Assembly (NCBI GenBank): GCA_038845975.1
Contig: JAWBQF010000048.1
Span: 1 to 12,971 of the forward strand
DNA length: 12,971 nucleotides
Source: Candidatus Methanomethylicia archaeon
GTDB lineage: Archaea; Thermoproteota; Methanomethylicia; CALHIW01
Direction: 5' to 3'
Positions within the stretch are counted from its first letter, which is position 1; each line of letters begins with the position of its first letter. Below, piece after piece: positions 7,967 through 12,971 of the stretch. The position numbers and the translations under genes are program-made. Under the pieces are notes generated by a model that had not been told where the DNA came from, searched no databases, and worked only from the letters and a program-made list of their open reading frames with translations.

Positions 7967-8671
7967 ATGCTTGAAGTTAATGAAATAAACGTTTTTTACG
8001 GTTATCTTCAAGCTCTATGGAGTGTTTCATTCAATGTAAATAGTGGTGAAATACTATGTGTTGTCGGCTCTAACGGAGCTGGAAAAACCACAATTCTCAG
8101 AACAATTTCAGGACTTATACATCCAAAATCAGGAAACATCAAGTTCCTCGGTAAGGAAATACATAATATTCCCCCTCATAAAATAGTAGAGATGGGAATA
8201 GCTCACGTTCCTGAAGGTAGACAAGTATTTCCCCAAATGACTGTACTAGAGAATCTAAAGATGGGAGCCTTTACGAGGAGGGCTTGGAGTAAAATGGAGG
8301 ATACTCTTGAATTCATCTATCAACTATTTCCAATCCTAAAGGAGAGAGGGAAACAGCTTGCAGGTACTTTAAGTGGAGGAGAACAGCAAATGTTAGCGAT
8401 AGCGAGGGGATTGATGGCTAAGCCATCACTTTTAATGATTGATGAGCTTAGTCTAGGTTTAGCTCCTAAAATAGTAGAACTCCTTTTTGAAGCTATTAAG
8501 AATATTAATGATCAAGGCGTAACAATACTGCTTGTAGAGCAAAATATAAGAGCTGCATTAGAAGTCTCAGATAGAGGATATGTTTTAGAGAATGGAAGAA
8601 TAGTTCTTAGCGGTAAATCTGAAGAATTAATAGAAGACGAAACCATTAAAAAAGCTTATTTAGGACTATAA
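7967..8671 (+). CDS. livF: Branched-chain amino acid-type ABC transporter ATP-binding protein (LivF-like)
   Basis: Walker A GSNGAGKTT, VPEGRQVF, signature LSGGEQQML, DELSLGLAP, LVEQN and C-terminal AYLG. Confidence 0.92.
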   Translation: MLEVNEINVFYGYLQALWSVSFNVNSGEILCVVGSNGAGKTTILRTISGLIHPKSGNIKFLGKEIHNIPPHKIVEMGIAHVPEGRQVFPQMTVLENLKMGAFTRRAWSKMEDTLEFIYQLFPILKERGKQLAGTLSGGEQQMLAIARGLMAKPSLLMIDELSLGLAPKIVELLFEAIKNINDQGVTILLVEQNIRAALEVSDRGYVLENGRIVLSGKSEELIEDETIKKAYLGL

Positions 8672-8886
8672 CTAGAATATAAGTAGTAAGCCTCCAACTC
8701 TTCCAATTCTAACTAGCTTAACTGTGAATTGTTATAAACTATTTAAATCCTATTCTTTGCATTTAAACGTCCACATAATTAGTTAGAAATAGTCTAGAGT
8801 ACTATAGAGTTATTATGGAGTAACGAAGATGGGAGTATCAAGTAAGCGCATTAAATGTAAGCTATTCTCTCTAATAATGATGAGAG

Positions 8887-9879
8887 TTAGCTTTGCCCTA
8901 TCAATGCTTCTCTTAGAATTCTACGTATAGAAATAAATTCTCTACGTTTAAGTATTAGTCCTACAATTCCTTGAGGCATAAGTAAAACTATAAACATTAT
9001 AACAGTACCGAGAAATACCATATACCATATTTCAGTCCAGTAGGTCCAGAGAACCTCCAGAATAGTTAGTAGTACTGTAGCTCCAATAATGGGTCCCAGA
9101 TAGCTTCCAACTCCACCTAGCAGTAGCATTACGAACATTTGATCTGTCTTCAATCCAGCAAAAGCATCTCCTGGATATACATAGTTTATCCATAATGCAT
9201 ATGCACCACCTAAGAAACCAGCATATAAAGCACTTATCATGAAAGCTATTAATCTATACTTCGAAATATTTACACCTAATGTAGCTGCAGCTATTTCTCC
9301 ATCTCTTATAGCTCTAAATGCAAATCCTAACTTATGCTTTTCAATAGTGATGTTAGTTATTATGGAGGACACCGTTAAAAATAGTATTAAGTAATATGCA
9401 TCAATACTACTTAGGATTGCTGGTACAGATATACCGTAAGATGCTCCTGTCTCCCTTAATACGTTGAATAGCTGTTTAAGAGCTTCGGCGAAAGACCATG
9501 TAGCAATGGCGAAATATGCGCCATGTAAACGTAGTGTAGGAGCACCAATCAATATAGCAAGCAATAGTGCAAATATTCCTGATAAAACCAATCCTATAGG
9601 CCAATAGAATCCATAGCTTATACTAATAGCTACTGTATAGGCTCCAACTCCGAAGAATGCAACATGTCCAAAATCAACTCTTCCCGTATAGCCAGTAATA
9701 ATATTTAGACTTTCAGTTAATCCAATCCATAGGAGAATATTTGTTATAAATCTTATCCAGTAAAACGGTACTTTAAATATAGGTAATAGGAGTAGAACTA
9801 CTACAATTACTAGTAGGATATAGAGGAATTTTAACTCTTCCCTTAATAAGTAAAAAACTTCACTAAGAGTTTTCTTCAA
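8887..9879 (-). CDS. livM: Branched-chain amino acid-type ABC transporter permease (LivM-like)
   Basis: Hydrophobic protein with NIITGYTGRVDFGHVAFFGVGAY, LRLHGAYFAIAT, AIRDGEIAAATLGVN and LLGGVGSYLGP. TTG start lies 2 nt after the livH stop. Confidence 0.9.
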   Translation of the reverse strand: MKKTLSEVFYLLREELKFLYILLVIVVVLLLLPIFKVPFYWIRFITNILLWIGLTESLNIITGYTGRVDFGHVAFFGVGAYTVAISISYGFYWPIGLVLSGIFALLLAILIGAPTLRLHGAYFAIATWSFAEALKQLFNVLRETGASYGISVPAILSSIDAYYLILFLTVSSIITNITIEKHKLGFAFRAIRDGEIAAATLGVNISKYRLIAFMISALYAGFLGGAYALWINYVYPGDAFAGLKTDQMFVMLLLGGVGSYLGPIIGATVLLTILEVLWTYWTEIWYMVFLGTVIMFIVLLMPQGIVGLILKRREFISIRRILREALIGQS

Positions 9880-9881
9880 GC

Positions 9882-10751
9882 TTAAACACCCTTGCCGAAT
9901 ATGCCTTTAGGCCTTGTAAGGAGAACTATATAAAGCACTAGAAATGCTAGGAAGTATACAAGTATTGGATTATAGTAGGTCATTATATATGATTGAAGAA
10001 GCCCCAGTATTAATCCACCTATAAATGTACCGGGTAAATACCCCATTCCACCCATTACGGTAATGAAGAAAGCAAATAAAGTATATAATGGGCCAAGTGG
10101 AGGATGAAATGATGTTATTTGAGCAATTAAGGATCCTGCTACACCTGCAGTTCCAAATCCTATTCCAAGAGTTATCTTATACATTTTACTAACATCAACA
10201 CCCATTAGTTTAGCTGCATCCCTATTCTGGTATGTAGCTACAATAGCCATACCGGTTCTAGTTCTCTTAAGAAATATATAAAGCATTGTAATAATCAATA
10301 TTGAAATCATAAATGCTATCAGTCTTACTACTGGAATACTTACACTATATACTTCAATACTAACTCCTGAAAGCTCGGTTGTAAGTATTCGTGTAAATGG
10401 ACCCCATAAAATCAGAGAAGTGTTAGAAAGTAATATTGAAAAACCAAAGAAAAATACAAGACTCATTAGTGGAGGAGCCTCCATGATTTTATTAACTAAA
10501 AGCCCCTGCATAATATATCCGAATATGAAGAACCCTATGAACAATACAGGTACCATTAATATAGGGTCAACATGATACATTAAATACACCCAGTAAGTCA
10601 AATATGCTCCTAAAATTACAAGATCACCCTGCGCAACATTTATTATATGCATTACACCAAACGTGAAGGACAAACCTATCGATAACAATACATAAACACC
10701 ACCAAAAAGTATACCATTAACTAAAGCCTGAGCAAACATAGAATCCATCAT
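9882..10751 (-). CDS. livH: Branched-chain amino acid-type ABC transporter permease (LivH-like)
   Basis: NGILFGGVY, GLSFTFGVMHIINVAQG, RTRTGMAI..QNRDAAKLMGVD, GGMGYLPG and RPKGIFG motifs. Confidence 0.9.
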   Translation of the reverse strand: MMDSMFAQALVNGILFGGVYVLLSIGLSFTFGVMHIINVAQGDLVILGAYLTYWVYLMYHVDPILMVPVLFIGFFIFGYIMQGLLVNKIMEAPPLMSLVFFFGFSILLSNTSLILWGPFTRILTTELSGVSIEVYSVSIPVVRLIAFMISILIITMLYIFLKRTRTGMAIVATYQNRDAAKLMGVDVSKMYKITLGIGFGTAGVAGSLIAQITSFHPPLGPLYTLFAFFITVMGGMGYLPGTFIGGLILGLLQSYIMTYYNPILVYFLAFLVLYIVLLTRPKGIFGKGV

Positions 10752-10778
10752 GTCAACCTAAATATATTTTACGGAAAT

Positions 10779-10792
10779 TATTTAAATCTTTC
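10779..10792 (-). promoter_or_regulatory. BRE-TATA promoter of livH-livM
   Basis: Minus strand reads GAAAGA-TTTAAATA, about 28 nt upstream of the ATG at 10751. Confidence 0.65.
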
Positions 10793-10849
10793 TTCTCCCT
10801 AAACGGCTTTGTTAACTTAAGCATGTTTTATCACTCTATTTTGGTATTG

Positions 10850-11431
10850 TATTTTCTATGAATTCTTAGCCTTTCTTCTTATTAATCCATGTTTGTTTAG
10901 TTATAATATTGACTTATAAGCTAGGTACATGTTCACTATTACATTATCCTCATGTATGGTATATAATTATCAAATAGCACATCCTAATATGCTGTATTCT
11001 CTCCATAAATTCTAATCTCTAAATATTAATGTTTAATTAATATTTACATGCTATAGTAGTGAGCATCATCACCAAGTACAATTATATTAGAGTCTAAGTA
11101 CCCTAATCTTCTTAATGTTAAGGATGTAAATGTATTTGAAACATCACAAAATATGTAGAGAACTCTTCTCAATAATGCCCAGCAAAATACGTAACTTAAT
11201 TTTAGAGTACACTTTAACAGTATCATTAACAATCAGTCCTAATATTTCCTTAAATCAAATTCAAATAAGGCTTAAATACTAAATCATAATATAGATACAT
11301 ATAACAATAATAAGCTTAGAATATCTGAAGTATCTAAATGAACGGAAATATATAAGTAAACGGAAATATATAAGTAATAAATAACTAGAATAAATAGAGT
11401 TCTCTTCTACAAACCTAATAACTTTAGCCAT
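10850..11431 (-). pseudogene. IS6-family transposase pseudogene, copy 2
   Basis: Frameshifted fragments homologous to copy 1, including ORF 11044-11232. The 3' boundary is approximate. Confidence 0.7.
11341..11376 (+). repeat. 18-bp perfect tandem duplication (AACGGAAATATATAAGTA x2)
   Basis: Units at 11341-11358 and 11359-11376. The equivalent site is single-copy in IS copy 1 (~3275-3295). Confidence 0.9.
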
Positions 11432-11573
11432 GCTATCACCATAAATAGGGGAGAGCTTCCAAATGAAGCTAAAATGTTAAGTTCTGTAAGTTTAGATATA
11501 TTATCAACGTCTTTTAAATGAGAGTGAATAATACTTATCGACTTATATTTTATCTCAATAATATTCATAGCTT

Positions 11574-11588
11574 AATAAGATTTATATA
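11574..11588 (+). promoter_or_regulatory. BRE-TATA promoter of homoserine dehydrogenase
   Basis: AATAAGA-TTTATATA ends 20 nt upstream of ATG 11609. There is no SD, so the transcript is probably leaderless. Confidence 0.5.
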
Positions 11589-11608
11589 TTTTTAATCTAT
11601 GTTTTAAT

Positions 11609-12640
11609 ATGAAGCTTAAAATAGCAATTATAGGGTTTGGTGTTGTTGGTCAGGGGCTTGCAAGACATTTAATCAGTAAAAAGCAGTATTTGAGAAGTAG
11701 ATATAATATTGACTGTGATGTTGTAGCTATATGTGACTTAAAGCATGGATCTATTATATGTGATTCAGGAGTTGATTTAGTTAAAGTTTTAAGACTTATA
11801 GATTATGGTAGGAGAATTGATGAATATGAAGGAGTTGCAAGAGGGTTTTCAGCTCTTGAAGTAATTGATCAGACAACAGCTGATATTATTGTTGAGGCTA
11901 CATGGACAAATCTTGAAACAGGAGAACCTGGATTAACACATATAAAGAGGAGTTTAGAAAGGGGGATTCATGTTGTAACATCTAATAAGGGACCTATAGC
12001 CCTAGCTTACAAGGAATTAAGGAGAATAGCTGAGTCTAAAGGGGTTTTTTTAAGGTTTGAAGCTACAGTTATGAGTGGGACACCAGCAATAAATCTTGGA
12101 CTTGAATGTTTAGCAGGAGCTGAAATAAAGTGTTTAAGAGGAATATTGAATGGAACAACAAACTACATACTAACAGAAATGGGTAGAGGAGTAGACTATA
12201 TTGAAGCTTTAAGGAAGGCTCAAGAGCTTGGATATGCTGAAGCAGATCCAACAGCTGATGTTGAGGCTTGGGATCCAGTAGCTAAAATAGTTATATTATC
12301 AAATGTTTTAATGAATGGTGATTTAAGAATTAAAGATGTTGAGAGGAGGGGGATAACAAATATATCTCTTAAGGATATTGATGAAGCTAAAAGAAGATCT
12401 AAAGTAATAAAGCTAATAGCTAAAGCCGAAAAAATAGATGGAAGAATTACTGCAAGTGTTAAACCTGAAGAGATACCTTTAACTGATCCGTTAGCACATG
12501 TAGATGGAGTTCTAAATGCATTAACATATGTAACAGATGTACAGGGAGATGTAACAATAATTGGTCCAGGAGCTGGAGGAGACTCTGCAGGCTATGCTTT
12601 ACTGAGTGATATATTAGCAATAGCACACTACATTACCTAG
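11609..12640 (+). CDS. hom: Homoserine dehydrogenase (short form, no ACT domain)
   Basis: Rossmann motif GFGVVG, VVTSNKGP, FEATVMSGTP, GILNGTTNYIL, AQELGYAEADPTADVE and GPGAGG. Confidence 0.93.
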   Translation: MKLKIAIIGFGVVGQGLARHLISKKQYLRSRYNIDCDVVAICDLKHGSIICDSGVDLVKVLRLIDYGRRIDEYEGVARGFSALEVIDQTTADIIVEATWTNLETGEPGLTHIKRSLERGIHVVTSNKGPIALAYKELRRIAESKGVFLRFEATVMSGTPAINLGLECLAGAEIKCLRGILNGTTNYILTEMGRGVDYIEALRKAQELGYAEADPTADVEAWDPVAKIVILSNVLMNGDLRIKDVERRGITNISLKDIDEAKRRSKVIKLIAKAEKIDGRITASVKPEEIPLTDPLAHVDGVLNALTYVTDVQGDVTIIGPGAGGDSAGYALLSDILAIAHYIT

Positions 12641-12971
12641 ACTTTACCTTTCCTTTTTAGTATTTCCTCACATGATGCTATAATATCTTCCTCTATTCCG
12701 GCAAGATATTTTCCAATACCTACATACTCCTTAAAATCTATTAAGCTACCTATAGCTGCTCTAGCAGTATATGGAGAACCTCCACCATGCATACATCCAG
12801 GAACACCTGCACCCATAGTTACCCATTCAACAAGTCTTGCAGCTCTCATTCTCGATTCAGCTGTTGAAGTAGTCTTCAAGTATTTCTCAATGTATTTACC
12901 TATTCTTGAATCCTTAAAGTCAGCATAATAGGGCATACATCCAGTTTCACCAATTCCACCAGCTATATCCT
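12637..12971 (-). CDS. 3' part of a 4-hydroxybutyryl-CoA dehydratase / 4-hydroxyphenylacetate 3-hydroxylase (AbfD/HpaB) family protein, running off the window edge
   Basis: The frame stays open beyond the ORF-track ATG to the window edge: DIAGGIGETGCMP...IEKYL...RMRAARLVEW...MHGGGSP. This resembles the AbfD C-terminal DIAGG...RLIE...MHGAGSP pattern. Confidence 0.8.
   Translation of the reverse strand, partial: DIAGGIGETGCMPYYADFKDSRIGKYIEKYLKTTSTAESRMRAARLVEWVTMGAGVPGCMHGGGSPYTARAAIGSLIDFKEYVGIGKYLAGIEEDIIASCEEILKRKGKV

Larger units (their letters stand above)
10805..11480 (-). mobile_element. Degenerate IS6-family insertion sequence, copy 2 (inverted relative to copy 1)
   Basis: 10805 onwards (GGCTTTGTTAACTTAAGCATGTTT) is the near reverse complement of the right end of copy 1. 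The interior is collinear with copy 1: LLRRVLYIFCDVSNTFTSLT..SNIIVLGDDAHYY, plus MAKVIRFV at 11431 with a GGTGAT SD. The left end (CCATAAATAGGGGAGAGC...) is recognisable, but its IR is decayed near 11480. Confidence 0.85.

Noticed and set aside
12069-12251. 60-aa minus-strand ORF
   Set aside because: Antisense shadow within hom.
1-12971. CRISPR array, tRNA or rRNA genes
   Set aside because: No regularly spaced repeats or GC-rich structured RNA-like segments were seen. The repeated sequences are IS termini.

Overview
AT-rich archaeal window, judged from BRE/TATA promoters, near-leaderless genes and GGTG-type SD sites. Left to right it holds: a non-pyrrolysine MttB-superfamily methyltransferase; a VapBC-type toxin-antitoxin pair (AbrB + PIN); a decayed IS6-family element; a LIV/HAAT-type ABC transporter split over three transcription units around a class III PLP aminotransferase; a second, inverted decayed copy of the IS; homoserine dehydrogenase; and the 3' end of a 4-hydroxybutyryl-CoA dehydratase/HpaB-family gene. 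The most striking unexplained pattern is that all four recognisable IS terminal repeats (GGCTTTG(T/C)TAACTT) lie 17-18 bp upstream of an outward-facing BRE-TATA box. Three of these boxes are the apparent promoters of neighbouring genes, which suggests promoter-targeted insertion or element-linked promoters. The gene set also suggests uptake, demethylation, transamination and C4 catabolism of an (N-methylated) 4-aminobutyrate-type amine, but this is inference.
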